Assembly (NCBI GenBank): GCA_963669175.1
Contig: OY769902.1
Location: forward strand, 5,024,001 to 5,088,000
Length of the DNA stretch: 64,000 nucleotides
Source of the DNA: a bacterium
GTDB taxonomy: Bacteria; Electryoneota; Electryoneia; Electryoneales; Electryoneaceae
Reading direction: 5' to 3'
A program made the position numbers and the translations under genes. Positions within the stretch are counted from its first letter, which is position 1, and the number at the start of each line of letters is the position of its first letter. This document shows positions 17,831 through 29,600 of this stretch, one piece after another. Under the pieces are notes generated by a model. It ran no database searches, had not been told where the DNA came from, and was given only the letters and a program-made list of their open reading frames with translations.

Positions 17831-19521
17831 TGTCGACAAAGAAAACGAAGAATTTCAGTCCTAATGCGGCCATTCGCAAGGCATGGAAAGCGGTTCCGAA
17901 AAACACGCTTGAACCCATTTTCCATCGTAGCTACATGACCGAAACCATTGCCGGACTCCTGCCTTCCCTGTTCGAGTTGGCCAAGCGTTGTGAGGCAGAA
18001 GCAGGATTCATTCATGTTCCCGGAAAAATCGCCGATATACCTGTTGCCTGGCCCAATGAAGCCCCTCCTCTTGCTACCGGTTTGTATATTTCCGCTCCCC
18101 AGCGTGATTTTCCCTGGATGATGCCACGCAAAGCCATATCCGAAACGACCATGCTCGGGCGCGAATTCTTCGCTTTATGGGCAAGCAGGAATGTCAGTCT
18201 GCTGGTTACTGCCAAGAGCACCGTGCTGAAGCAGCGGTTTGCCGCCCCGAAACGCAGGCTGTGGCAAGTGGATATCGTTCATTCACCGAAATGCCTGCTT
18301 CCGGCTGTTGAAGGCTTGATTTCATCCGGTTCACTTCATCCGGACATTGACAAACAACTGACATTAATCCACGATATTATCGCCGGACAGGATTATGAAG
18401 TGAGTGACGCCAAAACGCTGCTTGCTTCTTTGTATACGGGGCTTGCCCTTGCCGATACGGTTGATCCAATCACCCAGAACCGCCTGGATGAGACCTATTG
18501 GATCACTCTCCAGCACCAATTACAGGAAACTGTATTCGGTGAACTTCGAAGTGAACGACTCTTACCGTTGATCGGACAAGCGCTGCGCAGGGTTTTCCCT
18601 TACGATTTTGTTGAAATTCACGTCTTCTCAAAAGTCGGCGCTCGCTACGAGGAATTTGTTAGCTGGCGAAAGAACTACACCGGTTATGGCGATGACCGCA
18701 TCTCCATTCTGCTCAAAGAGACCCTTGTCGATAAATTACTGCGTGACAGGCGGCCCCAACTGGTAAAAGCGGAACGCGCCGATGGTGTGATGAACCCGCA
18801 TTTGCTGCAACTGGCCGGGCTGAATGAAGGGGTACTAATACCGCTGGTTCATTCACGAAAAGTGCATGGCTTGCTCATCATGTTTAACCGTAAGCCGATG
18901 GGCATCGGCCCTAATGATATGGAACGGATATCGAAAATAGGAAACCTGGTTGCACGTTCTCTCGAAGCCTCGAATGTTCATTCACGGGTTCAGCAGATGG
19001 CGACCATGGACCCATTGACCAACCTGCACAACCGTCGATTCTTTAACGAGCAGCTAAAACGTGAATTCAAACGTGCGCAACGCTATGGTCTGCGCCTGTC
19101 AGCGATCATGCTGGACATTGATCATTTTAAACATTACAACGACACTCACGGCCACCTCCTGGGCGATCGGGTATTAAAAGAGTTGGCCAAGATTCTTCGT
19201 GAGTCGGTACGTGCTGAAGATACGGTAGCACGTTTTGGCGGTGAAGAATTTGTCATCGTACTGCCTGAGAACAGCACGGAAGGTGCTCTGAAAGCCGCGG
19301 AGAAAATCCGAACCAATGTCGTTGAGGGAGACTTTTACAAGGGCGATGAGCAGCCTTTGGGACAGCTCACTGTAAGTCTGGGTGTGGCCGACATTTCCGA
19401 CAGTACTGTCAGAGTTCCCCGTGATCTCATCAATCATGCTGATCAAGCCCTGTACAAGGCAAAGGAATCAGGCCGTAACCGTGTCGTTGTCTACAGTTCT
19501 GATCTTGCTTCAGATTCCTAA
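17830..19521 (+). CDS. Diguanylate cyclase (sensor-GAF-GGDEF)
   Basis: DPLTNLHNRR, DIDHFKHYNDTHGHLLGD, RAED I-site and ARFGGEEF; preceded by a GAF-like domain. Confidence 0.92.
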   Translation: MSTKKTKNFSPNAAIRKAWKAVPKNTLEPIFHRSYMTETIAGLLPSLFELAKRCEAEAGFIHVPGKIADIPVAWPNEAPPLATGLYISAPQRDFPWMMPRKAISETTMLGREFFALWASRNVSLLVTAKSTVLKQRFAAPKRRLWQVDIVHSPKCLLPAVEGLISSGSLHPDIDKQLTLIHDIIAGQDYEVSDAKTLLASLYTGLALADTVDPITQNRLDETYWITLQHQLQETVFGELRSERLLPLIGQALRRVFPYDFVEIHVFSKVGARYEEFVSWRKNYTGYGDDRISILLKETLVDKLLRDRRPQLVKAERADGVMNPHLLQLAGLNEGVLIPLVHSRKVHGLLIMFNRKPMGIGPNDMERISKIGNLVARSLEASNVHSRVQQMATMDPLTNLHNRRFFNEQLKREFKRAQRYGLRLSAIMLDIDHFKHYNDTHGHLLGDRVLKELAKILRESVRAEDTVARFGGEEFVIVLPENSTEGALKAAEKIRTNVVEGDFYKGDEQPLGQLTVSLGVADISDSTVRVPRDLINHADQALYKAKESGRNRVVVYSSDLASDS

Positions 19522-19580
19522 AATTTTTATATTTGTGTGTTTATCCTCTGTTTAGATGCAACCCGGAGGCAGTGAGAAGG

Positions 19581-21077
19581 ATGAGCACATTTAATGTTCT
19601 GTACCTCAGCAGCGAGTGTACACCTTTCGTCAAGATTGGTGGGCTTGCTGATGTAGCAAACGCCTACCCCCGCTTTCTCAAAGAGAAAGAACATGATATC
19701 AGGCTTTTTATCCCTAAATACAAGATTATCAAGGATCGAAAGTACAACCTGCGCGAGGTCATCCGCCTACGTGATATCGAAGTGCCCCATGCAGGTGAAA
19801 CAGTCCTCGTTAGTGTGAAGTCCGGTTTTATTCCCGATTCAAAAGTGCAGACTTACTTCCTCGAGTACAAGCCATACTTTGATCGTATTGATCCTTATGT
19901 CAACCCCAAGAACGGTGAAGGCTGGGAAGACAACCATCTTAGGTTTGCCCTTTTTGCCAAAACCGCTTTTGAAATGCTCAAGGTTCTGTACTGGCAGCCT
20001 GACCTGATTCATGTCAACGACTGGACCAGTGCGCTGGTGCCGTATTTCCTGAAAACTCTGTACAAGGATGATCCATTCTTCGCGAACATCAAGACGCTTC
20101 TCACCATCCACAACATCGGTTACCAGGGTGTGTTCAGTGGTGATATTGCGAAGGATATTCTTCCTGAAGGCGAAGTCTTTGATGAGAACCATCCTGCCTG
20201 GCAGGACGGTAACTTCAATTTCCTGAAAGCGGGAATTGAAACGGCTGACATGATAACGACAGTCTCACCGACTTATGCTGAAGAAATTGTGTCCAATCCG
20301 GAAATAGGCGCTGGATTGGGTGAGCTGTTGAAGAAAAAGAACAGCCGTTTTGTTGGAGTTCTCAACGGTATTGATGACAATGAATGGAATCCGGAGACAG
20401 ATTCCCATATTGAAGAGAACTATTCTATCGAGGAGCCGGACGGCAAGAAAGCCAATCGCGTCAAGCTGTGTGAGGAGTTTGAGCTGGACTGCGATGAAGA
20501 TACCATGATTCTGGGTATGGTGTCCCGTTTAGCAGGACAGAAAGGTTTTGACCTGATAATAAAAGCCATTGATGAGCTGGCGAAACTTCCGGTGCGTTTT
20601 ATCATCCTGGGCAAAGGTCAGAATGATATCCTGGCAGATCTGAAAGAAGCGCTGAAAAAATATCCGGATAATTTCAAAGCGAAATTCGTGTTTGATAACG
20701 CGCTTGCACATAAGATTGAGGCCGGTGCGGATGCTTTCCTGATGCCGTCATCGTATGAACCCTGCGGGCTGAACCAGATGTACAGCCAGCGTTATGGCAC
20801 CCCGCCAATTGTGACTAAAACAGGCGGACTTGTCGATACTGTCAAGGATTATGATGCTACAACGGGCGAGGGAACCGGCTTTGTTATGGCGGAGCGCTCT
20901 CCGGAGGCATTGGTAGCTGCGATAAAACGCGCCTGCGAAGTTTTCCAGGATAAAGACGCCTGGAACAATATGGCCATGAATGGCATGCAAACAGCGTTCG
21001 GGTGGGGTGACTCTCTGGACAAGATGGTCGAGGTTTACGAGACAACGACTGCAACCGGCGAGGAAGTTACCGCCTGA
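19581..21077 (+). CDS. glgA: Glycogen synthase
   Basis: KIGGLADV, IHVNDW, TIHNIGYQG, SRLAGQKG, MPSSYEPCGLNQM. Confidence 0.95.
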   Translation: MSTFNVLYLSSECTPFVKIGGLADVANAYPRFLKEKEHDIRLFIPKYKIIKDRKYNLREVIRLRDIEVPHAGETVLVSVKSGFIPDSKVQTYFLEYKPYFDRIDPYVNPKNGEGWEDNHLRFALFAKTAFEMLKVLYWQPDLIHVNDWTSALVPYFLKTLYKDDPFFANIKTLLTIHNIGYQGVFSGDIAKDILPEGEVFDENHPAWQDGNFNFLKAGIETADMITTVSPTYAEEIVSNPEIGAGLGELLKKKNSRFVGVLNGIDDNEWNPETDSHIEENYSIEEPDGKKANRVKLCEEFELDCDEDTMILGMVSRLAGQKGFDLIIKAIDELAKLPVRFIILGKGQNDILADLKEALKKYPDNFKAKFVFDNALAHKIEAGADAFLMPSSYEPCGLNQMYSQRYGTPPIVTKTGGLVDTVKDYDATTGEGTGFVMAERSPEALVAAIKRACEVFQDKDAWNNMAMNGMQTAFGWGDSLDKMVEVYETTTATGEEVTA

Positions 21078-21198
21078 GCCATTCAGCCAAAGGATTACAA
21101 ATTCATCTTGTGCACATTTCAACGGGTTGCTCACTTTATGGGCGACCCGTTTTCTGTAAACACAAAGTTCATGGTTATCGATTGCAGGAACCTGGAAC

Positions 21199-22080
21199 AT
21201 GAAAAATATCACGTTTCTCACATGCCTGCTTGCTTTTTTCTTGGGAATCAGCTCAACGCAGGCGCAATCCCCTTCGTCCGGTCGTACTTCCCTCACCCTT
21301 AAGAACGATGGCCGTGTCATGGAGGATATCGGAAGAATCCAGGCGATAACCTTTGACCCCGATGGCAGCCTGTATGCTCTGGAGCCTGCCGGAAGGCGTC
21401 TGATAAAGATAAATGATGATGGCATACAACTCAGTCAGACCGCTTCATTTGGACGTCCCACAGACATTGTCATGGCCGGTTTTCAGATATGGGTAACTGA
21501 TCCCATGCGAGGACAGATATCACGTTTCGACCGCAGGCTGGCCAACCTCGCTGATTTGCGTGAACTGGTATCCCAGGAATCAAGAATTCGTCTGTCCGGG
21601 GTTGTATCGGCAGCAATAACATCCGGCGACGTCATCGTTATGCTCGATTCCTATGAACAACGGTTGTACATGGTGAATGTCAAAGGCTGGGTAATCGATA
21701 CGATTGAAGGATTTGGCGATCTTCGCACGCCTATGACAACACCGGTTCGGGTGGAAGTATCAAAATCAGGCAAGATCGCTGTTGCTGATGAAAGTAATGG
21801 CTACGTATACATCTTTGATCGTTTTGGCAGCTTCCTGTATTTGATCAATACCGCCCAGAAAAACAGTGGCTTCAACATAGTTGGCCTGGCATGGGAAGAG
21901 GATACCCTCTGGATTGGCAACAGCAATGGACTGGAAGTGTATTCCGAGTACGGCAGCATGATTACTTCCTGGAATCACAGCTATTTTGGCGGCCCGATAA
22001 TAGATCTTGCCATTGACATGGACAGGCTGGCTGTAGCATCCGATGGTTTTATCGCCTTTTACCGGATCGTCAGGGAGTAA
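21199..22080 (+). CDS. Secreted NHL-repeat/beta-propeller protein
   Basis: Signal peptide; NHL-like repeats (PTDIV..IWVTD, IAVADE..VYIFDRFGSFL). Confidence 0.75.
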   Translation: MKNITFLTCLLAFFLGISSTQAQSPSSGRTSLTLKNDGRVMEDIGRIQAITFDPDGSLYALEPAGRRLIKINDDGIQLSQTASFGRPTDIVMAGFQIWVTDPMRGQISRFDRRLANLADLRELVSQESRIRLSGVVSAAITSGDVIVMLDSYEQRLYMVNVKGWVIDTIEGFGDLRTPMTTPVRVEVSKSGKIAVADESNGYVYIFDRFGSFLYLINTAQKNSGFNIVGLAWEEDTLWIGNSNGLEVYSEYGSMITSWNHSYFGGPIIDLAIDMDRLAVASDGFIAFYRIVRE

Positions 22081-22087
22081 TTTCAGG

Positions 22088-25000
22088 ATGCCCCGGAATA
22101 AAAAGACATCCACATCCTTTTTTATTCCCACGATACTGGTATGCCTTGGACTCCCCCTGGCAGTCCCGGTATTCGCGGCTGATAATCCTCCCGGATCAGC
22201 TACGTTATTCCTGCATCCGGATAGTTTATCCGAGGCGACTCAGCTCCCGTACAAGTACATTGATCCGGCAACCTTTCTTGTGATCCAGGGAGAAACTGAC
22301 ACGCTTCAGGCAGATCAGGATTACACCCTTGATCCGACCCGGGGTGTTATCCGCTGGATTGCGAAACCACATTCTACCTGTACAGTCACGTTCCGCTACC
22401 TGCCGATAACCACACTTGATGAAGTGTTCCATCGCAGCATGGCTGAAGCACGTGAGGCTGACACCCTTGTTTCCGGTGAAAAAATCGCAACTCTGCCGCG
22501 TATTGCCACAGAAGATCCCGCCGGAGTCTTCGCGGACGCCAACTTGAAACGAAGCGGTCACATCTTCCGTGGTGTACAGGTCGGTTCAGGACGTGATCCC
22601 AGCCTGGAATCGGGCTTGCGTCTGCAACTGGGCGGACGTGTTACTCGCGACATTGAAGTCAAAGCGCTTCTGGATGATCGTAACCTTCCGATTCAACCGG
22701 AAGGCTCAAGTCGCAGGCTGGAAGAAATTGACCAGGTGTATGTGGATATCAAGTCACGCCGTACTCACGCACGCTTCGGCGATTACACCCTCGACTTTGA
22801 GGGTGGACGATACGGCACTTTCGACCGCAGGCTGGAAGGCGGTCAGGTTGAATACCTCGGTTCCGATGTCCAAGTCACGGCGGCTGGAGCAGCGACGAAA
22901 GCCCAATTCCACACCAACACCTTCCAGGGTAGTTTCGGTGTCCAGGGGCCATATTCCCTGACCGGGAAAAACGGCGAAACTCCCATCCTGGTTGTGGGTG
23001 GTAGTGAAAAAGTGTATGTGGATGGAGTTCTCAGAACACGCGGCGAGTTGGATGACTATGTGATTGACTACAGTCGTGGCGAGATCACCTTTATGCCACA
23101 ATTGCCCATCTCCTCGGAATCGCGTATTGAAGTACAGTTCGAATACTCTTCGGAGATGTATCCCCGGAATGTCTATGCCGGACGTGTTGCCGCTACAACC
23201 GATAATCGGAAATTCAGCGCTGTGGCAACCATGATCACCGAAGGCGACGACAAGTACAATCCGGTTTCGTTCGAGATGACACCATCAACCCGGCGCGCCA
23301 TTGCTAATGCAGCCGATGACGCCAGCGTGGCAGCTATCCCGGCAGCCGATTCCCTTGGACCGGGCGAAGGCGATTACGAACGACGCGACACGACGTGGAC
23401 CGATGATCAATCTTATGTATATTTTCAGTGGGTTGAACCGGATGAAGATGGTCAGCCGACCGGTTCATGGAGTGTTCTCTTCAGCGATGTCGGTTCCGGC
23501 AATGGCGACTATTCTCAGCAATACGACGCGATCCTCGGCGCGTTCTGGTACCAGTGGGAAGGCCCGGGTCTTGGCGACTATGCCCCGGTTCGACTGGTCC
23601 CCAAACCGGAACAGCATCAGTTGGGAGCATTGGCGCTGCGAGCGGAACCCTCGGATTTTGTATCCCTTCAATCTGATCTGGCCATTTCCGAATACAGCGC
23701 GAACACGTTCGCTGAATCCGATGAATCTTCTCAACGAACAGCTCACGAATCCTCTATCGCTCTGCATACTCGGCAAGTCAACGGTATCCGAAAACTCGAA
23801 TCCACGTTCACACTGCGTCAGGAACAAAGCGGTTTCCTTCCCTTCGGGCAGGATGAAGAAGTCGATTTCAACCGGAAATGGGGCATTGATTCCACCGATG
23901 AAACCAGTGCGAAACTGGATCAATCGGTATTCGCCCTCACTGTTCGTCCCTGGCAGAATACTCAACTTAAAGTTACATCGGAGCGATTAGAACAGGGAAA
24001 CTACAACAGCGAACGAATCACCGGGCAAGCGGCGTATACCTCCCCTGCTGTCAACTCAAACCTCCAGGTGGAAGACATCAAGACAGACCGTTCCGCAGAT
24101 ACCCTTCAATCTGTAAACGAATACCATTCAGATTGGCAGCGTGCAAATGGTCTGCTGTCCGTTCGTATCGGACATATACAACCTTCTTTTAACGGTGAAT
24201 GGGAAGAAAGATCTTTAGGAACAGAGAATGTGAATCCGTACGGAGGCCATCGTTACCTTCGTTGGCAACCTAAGCTGACTCTTCTCGATTGGAAAGGACA
24301 TTCGGGGCATGTCGCATTCCAACGTCGTGAACGTGACAGTGAAGTAGCAGCCGAAACCTATACAGACCTGTATGACGAGGACACTTATGAAGCGGCCTGG
24401 AGTTGGCTGCCATTGGGTGCGCCGTTCCGAACAGATGTGGAACTGGTGCATCGTGACAAACGATTTTACACCTCTGACAGCGCTAATGTGACCTCAGATC
24501 TCGCTCAAATTAACGCATTCTACTCCCCCCTAGGTGGCGCGTTAACGACTGATGTGCAGTACCGTCTGAACCAGACAGTTGCCCAGCCTGCCGCTATGGT
24601 TGCATACCAGGTGCCTGCCGGACAGGGTGAATACATTCGTGTCGGTGAAGGAGATGCTGTCCAGTATATTTACGACCCTGAGATCGGGAACTATGTGCTG
24701 CGTAGCGAACCCACCGGGGACGCTTTGCCCACAACCGATCTTTCCATGACTGCCCTGATTGACTGGTCACCGCATCGCCTGCCCGATGGCAAGGGTGAAA
24801 TGGAAGGCTTCGGCTGGGAGGATATCTCGCTGGCCAGCGAAATTGATGTGCAGGAAGTGACTCGCTGGCCGGAACCCTCCGACATTTTCCTGCTGCAACT
24901 CGGCAGTTTTCAATCGGATTCGACTGTCAGCGGACGTCTGGCCTGGAAGCAGGATGTCTACTTCTGGCGCATGTCACGCGAGTTCTCACTTCGTATGCGT

Positions 25001-25564
25001 TACGATGCCGAAAAAGAGCTGACCAACCTGTATGTGACCGGTGCGGAACGTAATGGCGATGACGCCCTTGAGCTGCGTGCCCGGAACGCATTGACGGAAA
25101 CCATCGACCTCGAAACGGAAGGCAAATACGCCCGCTTGTACAAGCAACTCGCTTACAGCGCAACAACCGAACGGTTCCGTCAGCGCAGACTATCCACTGA
25201 ATTCACCTGGCGTGCTGACCGAAGTTGGACCTTGCGTCTCAGGGGACGAGGCCTGCTGGATTCTCGACTCGCCGATGCGGACGATGTTCTCGGCATCGGG
25301 GTCAGGCCGGGAGTTATCTGGTCTATTCGAAATAAAGGGCGTGTATCAGCCGAATTCGAAGCGCTCTGGATTGAGACAGCACTTGAGTCAGTGCCCTACG
25401 AACTTGCAGATAGTCGTCCAAAGGGACGCAATGGTCGTGGCAGCCTCGTCGCCGAGATGCAGATGGGCGAACACCTGACCGGACGCGCTACTTACACGGT
25501 TCGCCTCGATGATGGACGTGAACCGATCCATGTCGCCCGCATGGAAGTCTCCGCCTTCTTCTAG
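22088..25564 (+). CDS. Large outer-membrane beta-barrel protein of unknown function
   Basis: Signal peptide, alternating amphipathic strands, terminal Phe (EVSAFF). N-region LESGLRLQLGG...NLPIQPEG...EEID resembles conserved FCB proteins. Confidence 0.75.
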   Translation: MPRNKKTSTSFFIPTILVCLGLPLAVPVFAADNPPGSATLFLHPDSLSEATQLPYKYIDPATFLVIQGETDTLQADQDYTLDPTRGVIRWIAKPHSTCTVTFRYLPITTLDEVFHRSMAEAREADTLVSGEKIATLPRIATEDPAGVFADANLKRSGHIFRGVQVGSGRDPSLESGLRLQLGGRVTRDIEVKALLDDRNLPIQPEGSSRRLEEIDQVYVDIKSRRTHARFGDYTLDFEGGRYGTFDRRLEGGQVEYLGSDVQVTAAGAATKAQFHTNTFQGSFGVQGPYSLTGKNGETPILVVGGSEKVYVDGVLRTRGELDDYVIDYSRGEITFMPQLPISSESRIEVQFEYSSEMYPRNVYAGRVAATTDNRKFSAVATMITEGDDKYNPVSFEMTPSTRRAIANAADDASVAAIPAADSLGPGEGDYERRDTTWTDDQSYVYFQWVEPDEDGQPTGSWSVLFSDVGSGNGDYSQQYDAILGAFWYQWEGPGLGDYAPVRLVPKPEQHQLGALALRAEPSDFVSLQSDLAISEYSANTFAESDESSQRTAHESSIALHTRQVNGIRKLESTFTLRQEQSGFLPFGQDEEVDFNRKWGIDSTDETSAKLDQSVFALTVRPWQNTQLKVTSERLEQGNYNSERITGQAAYTSPAVNSNLQVEDIKTDRSADTLQSVNEYHSDWQRANGLLSVRIGHIQPSFNGEWEERSLGTENVNPYGGHRYLRWQPKLTLLDWKGHSGHVAFQRRERDSEVAAETYTDLYDEDTYEAAWSWLPLGAPFRTDVELVHRDKRFYTSDSANVTSDLAQINAFYSPLGGALTTDVQYRLNQTVAQPAAMVAYQVPAGQGEYIRVGEGDAVQYIYDPEIGNYVLRSEPTGDALPTTDLSMTALIDWSPHRLPDGKGEMEGFGWEDISLASEIDVQEVTRWPEPSDIFLLQLGSFQSDSTVSGRLAWKQDVYFWRMSREFSLRMRYDAEKELTNLYVTGAERNGDDALELRARNALTETIDLETEGKYARLYKQLAYSATTERFRQRRLSTEFTWRADRSWTLRLRGRGLLDSRLADADDVLGIGVRPGVIWSIRNKGRVSAEFEALWIETALESVPYELADSRPKGRNGRGSLVAEMQMGEHLTGRATYTVRLDDGREPIHVARMEVSAFF

Positions 25565-25784
25565 CCCACCTCTCACAGGGATTCACAGGATGTACAAGAC
25601 AGGAAAGGATAAAACAGGATGAACTGCAATAAAAGGGATAAAACAAGTCTCACAGGATGATAGGATAGAAGGATTTCAAGGATGAAAAATACTAATGGTT
25701 ACTGATGATCTATTGGTAAATGACCGTTATTAATTTCTGTTGTACATGTCTCCCACCTTCAGCAGTAGCTTTTTTGTAAAACTT

Positions 25785-26150
25785 TTCTCGATTTTATTCC
25801 TTCATAATGAGATTGCCAGGAAAAGGGGACGGGATCCTTTTCCTCGCACTCATACGGAATGCTCTTGCAGCATTCATGGAAAAGGAAACTGTCCCCTTTT
25901 CCGTGTGATCCTGCCTGCCCGCAAGAAAAGGGTACAGCCACCTTTCCCGAACCTTTTTCACAGAGTCGGATGGCCCGATTCACAAGTGATGGAGCTTCCG
26001 TTATGATTGCAGTTTGAATACTGTGATGCTGTTTTGACTCATGACGCAACTTCGAGTGAGTCGGGACTATGCCAGGGAAAGGAGGCAGTCCCCTTCTTCC
26101 ATATCCTCTTTCTGTATCGCCAATAGATCACTCGTTGAATACTGTACTGA
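25785..26150. mobile_element. Two GGGACAG-family palindromic units (subtype A)
   Basis: Units at 25819-25902 and 25926-26100; flanks homologous to 7765-7930. Confidence 0.7.
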
Positions 26151-26414
26151 TGCTCGAAAACAATGCCGCATTGTGTCATCCCCAGCAAACCGTAGCGAAG
26201 CGAAGCTTGCGGGGTGCGAAGCACAGCCGTGAACAAAGAGCCTGTCCCCGAATGGTGTAGTCGGGGACGGGGATCCACTCCGTAGGCCGCACTATCTATG
26301 GATTGTAAGAGAATGAACCTCAAGATACCGAGATCAAGCTTACTGCAAAGTATCCGACATTACTTTTACAACTCCCTATAATACCAAAATTCGCGGCTTT
26401 TGGCGATATGGAAA

Positions 26415-26572
26415 ACCCCGAAGGGGTAAAACGTGAATAGCGCGTGACGCAAGACAGAGGAAAGAAGAATCCCGCCACTTATCCTCCCCGAAGGGGTGAA
26501 ACGTGAATAGCGCGGGCCGTCAGCCCCGGGGATACAATATCCCTCCCATTTTCCACCCCGACGGGGTGGCAC
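26415..26572. repeat. CCCCGAAGGGG hairpin repeat cluster
   Basis: CCCCGAAGGGGT(A/G)AAACGTGAATAGCGCG occurs twice, plus CCCCGACGGGG. Confidence 0.7.
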
Positions 26573-26634
26573 AAGAAACCTTGCCGGTTCATGGACAAAT
26601 CTATTTCGTTTCTATTTTAGCTTATCCCGCAACT

Positions 26635-29600
26635 TTATTGCAGCAAAATGACTTTCTGAATCCCATCAAAGGCGCTTCGTCCATCTCGTGCGATGTGAAC
26701 GCATACAAAATACACCCCGCTGCTGACCGGCATGTCCGATAGTCCAAGGCTATTCCACGTCACCACCTGCCGCCCCGCGCCGAGTTGCCCCAGCGAACGT
26801 TTGGCGACCTGCTGCCCAAGGATGTTGAACACGGTCAGGGTGACTTCACCGGGCTGTTTCAGTTCCAACGGGATCATGATGGTTGAGTTGAACGGGTTGG
26901 GATAACCGGGTAGCATGGCATCTTCTGTGGGTAGAGCCGCCTCTTTCAGGTCGGGTGCAGGCCAGCTCGGGTCAAATGGCAACGCGCCACGATCCGACCG
27001 TGACCCATCCGGATCCGGAGGAAACTCCGGATCACCGGTGTCTATACAGGGCGACTCCGGTTGAAGTCGATAGTCCCCGTTTTCCGCATCGACAAACAGT
27101 GGATCACCACACTGATTCTCTGTACTATCCAGTGTCGCTCTATCCACATTATGAATTATATCACTATCAACAAATTGGTTGTAGCTGATCCTGACATTTC
27201 GTACCCCTTCCATAAAACTAGAGTAAAACACATATTGATCGACATCAATTATATTGTTTGTTATCTTATATGTCACATTATCCTCAATGCTGTTAAAGTC
27301 AATAACAAAATATCTGCCATTAATACAGGTATTATTTGTCAATATACTATTATTATGAGACCTTAGCGCTTCATTGTACGCATAAAACATATTTACATCC
27401 CTGCTAATATTATTGTTTATGTATATATATGAATATGGGACTAAATAATTATCAATAAATACTCCATACAATAAATTATTCAATGTATTATTGCTGTAAT
27501 ATACTCTATAATGATTGCTATTGTCATCCGATACAACAAGTATCGCTTTTTCACAATCTGTAAAATCACACGAATCTACAACTATATTTACTATGTGCCC
27601 ACGTATTGCAGATTTCGCTATATCATAAAATGAACAATTCCGGATTGTGCAGTTTTTTTCCAATACCGCACTTAGTGTTACTCCGTTATTTCCGCAGTGA
27701 TTGAACCGGCTGTCAAGCAGTGTGGCCTGGTCATTGGGGGCCAGTAAACAATAGCCCCAATAATAGGACACCCGGCAATGCGACAGGTTGATATCCCGAT
27801 AGTGTTCCAGCCACAAGGGCTGAAGAGCATGTTCGATCACTAGATAATCCAGGTTGAGAATGCCATCCCCCTCAGCGTAGACCCCCTGCCAGGCATCCAC
27901 GGCTGAAGAGGTCGCGCTACGGAAGTAAATGGAATCCTCCGCTGTTCCCGCCAAGGTTACCGTCCCATAGATATCAAACCCGACCAGCGCCCCAAGATCG
28001 TGGGTATCACGGAACAACAGCTCTACGCCGGGATCGATGGTCAACTGGTCCCGTTCATTGACATAGATGTTATTGCTGATATAGACAGGTGATTCCGCAA
28101 TGGATAGCCTGCCTGACACCGGCCCTTCCAGTTGGCTGCGGCAGACACGGACGTGTACAGTTGCCCGTTCTGCGCTATCTGCAGGGGTGTCGTACTGAAG
28201 CACGAACAGGAAATCTTCCGCGTCTTCCGGAACCATTCCTGTCAGCACCAGGGAGTCTTCCACAGCGTCCAGCTCATCTTCTTCGAGTTCCACATGCAAC
28301 CAGACCGGGTAGTTCAGGTAGGAGATGTCGATAGCATCGCCATCGTCTGTAGCGCGTGCCGCATAACGGAACATATGACCGGTCACGGCTATGCCTTTAC
28401 GAGGAGCATCATACACCGGGCTGTGATTGATCCGGTGATCAAAATAGAAAGCACCGATATCGGGTGGGCTGCCATCCGGATCATAGTTGAAATTGGCGTG
28501 CCCGGCATCAATCAATGGCGATACCGCCTGAAGCGTCAGGTCACCGTTGGCAAGATCAGTGACACGAGGATCGCCTGCGAAATTATCGAAACCCGGATCG
28601 GGGCCGCCAATCATCTCGCCGGTACGGAAAAACCAGTTATTGCGGAGAATAGCCGGGGTAGTCTCATTAAAATACATACCGTAATTCGTCGTATTGTCGC
28701 CGTACCCGATAACCAGGTTATTGTAGATCGAGAGCGAACCACCATCAGCAAAAGTAATGACGGTATTTTCCGGAGCAGGAACGTCAGGCTGGTACACAGT
28801 TGTATTGTTTACATAGTCGCCATCACAATCATTATAAATCTGGTTTCCTTTTATCAGGTTATAGGAAATTGATGAGGAAGAAAGATAATTGCAATATAAA
28901 CCGCCATCAACGATATTATTTTGAAATGTTGCCTGGCCACCTTGTATGTTCACTGATGTTGGATTATATCTGTTATTTTCCAAAGGATCTCCCAAATATT
29001 CAAACGTATTATTCATTATAGTAACTTCGGTATTGCCTTCAGATCGACTACTAAATGTGCAGATCCTGGAATTCTCTACTAGCGTTGATTGCGTGTTATA
29101 TACATATATATCCTTTATACAACTGTTTATAACTACAATATTACCTGAATCAAAAATGTTAATACGTCCGTTATCCATCACAAGACTATCTACAGATAGA
29201 GCAGCAGCATGAGAAACAAAAAAAGAAGAATTCACACAAGCACTTCCAATTGTCACATTTGTGATGTCGGCGACACTGCCATAATTCACAAGGGTTTCAA
29301 AAATGTTAGAATTTATGCTCAGGTCTTCTAAAAGCAGGTAGCCACCCGTTTGAGCAATAAAACAGGCCTGATCCCATGGCCATATGTGCGGAAATGAACA
29401 TTGGCGAATTTCGATTTCGGTACTGGTATCATCAGCAAAGAAATAGACTGTACCTTCCATCCGGCAGTAATGAAACAGGCTTGGATTGCTGGTTCCATAT
29501 TGCCTGAATGCAAAATAACTCATCTCCTCATCTGCGACATGGAAATAAATCGAATCACCCTCCTGTCCATTGGCGGTTATCTGGCCTTGAATGGCGATGA

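Noticed and set aside
25740-26572. Short ORFs between the barrel gene and the T9SS gene
   Set aside because: They are translations of overlapping palindromic elements (e.g. KGNCPLF).
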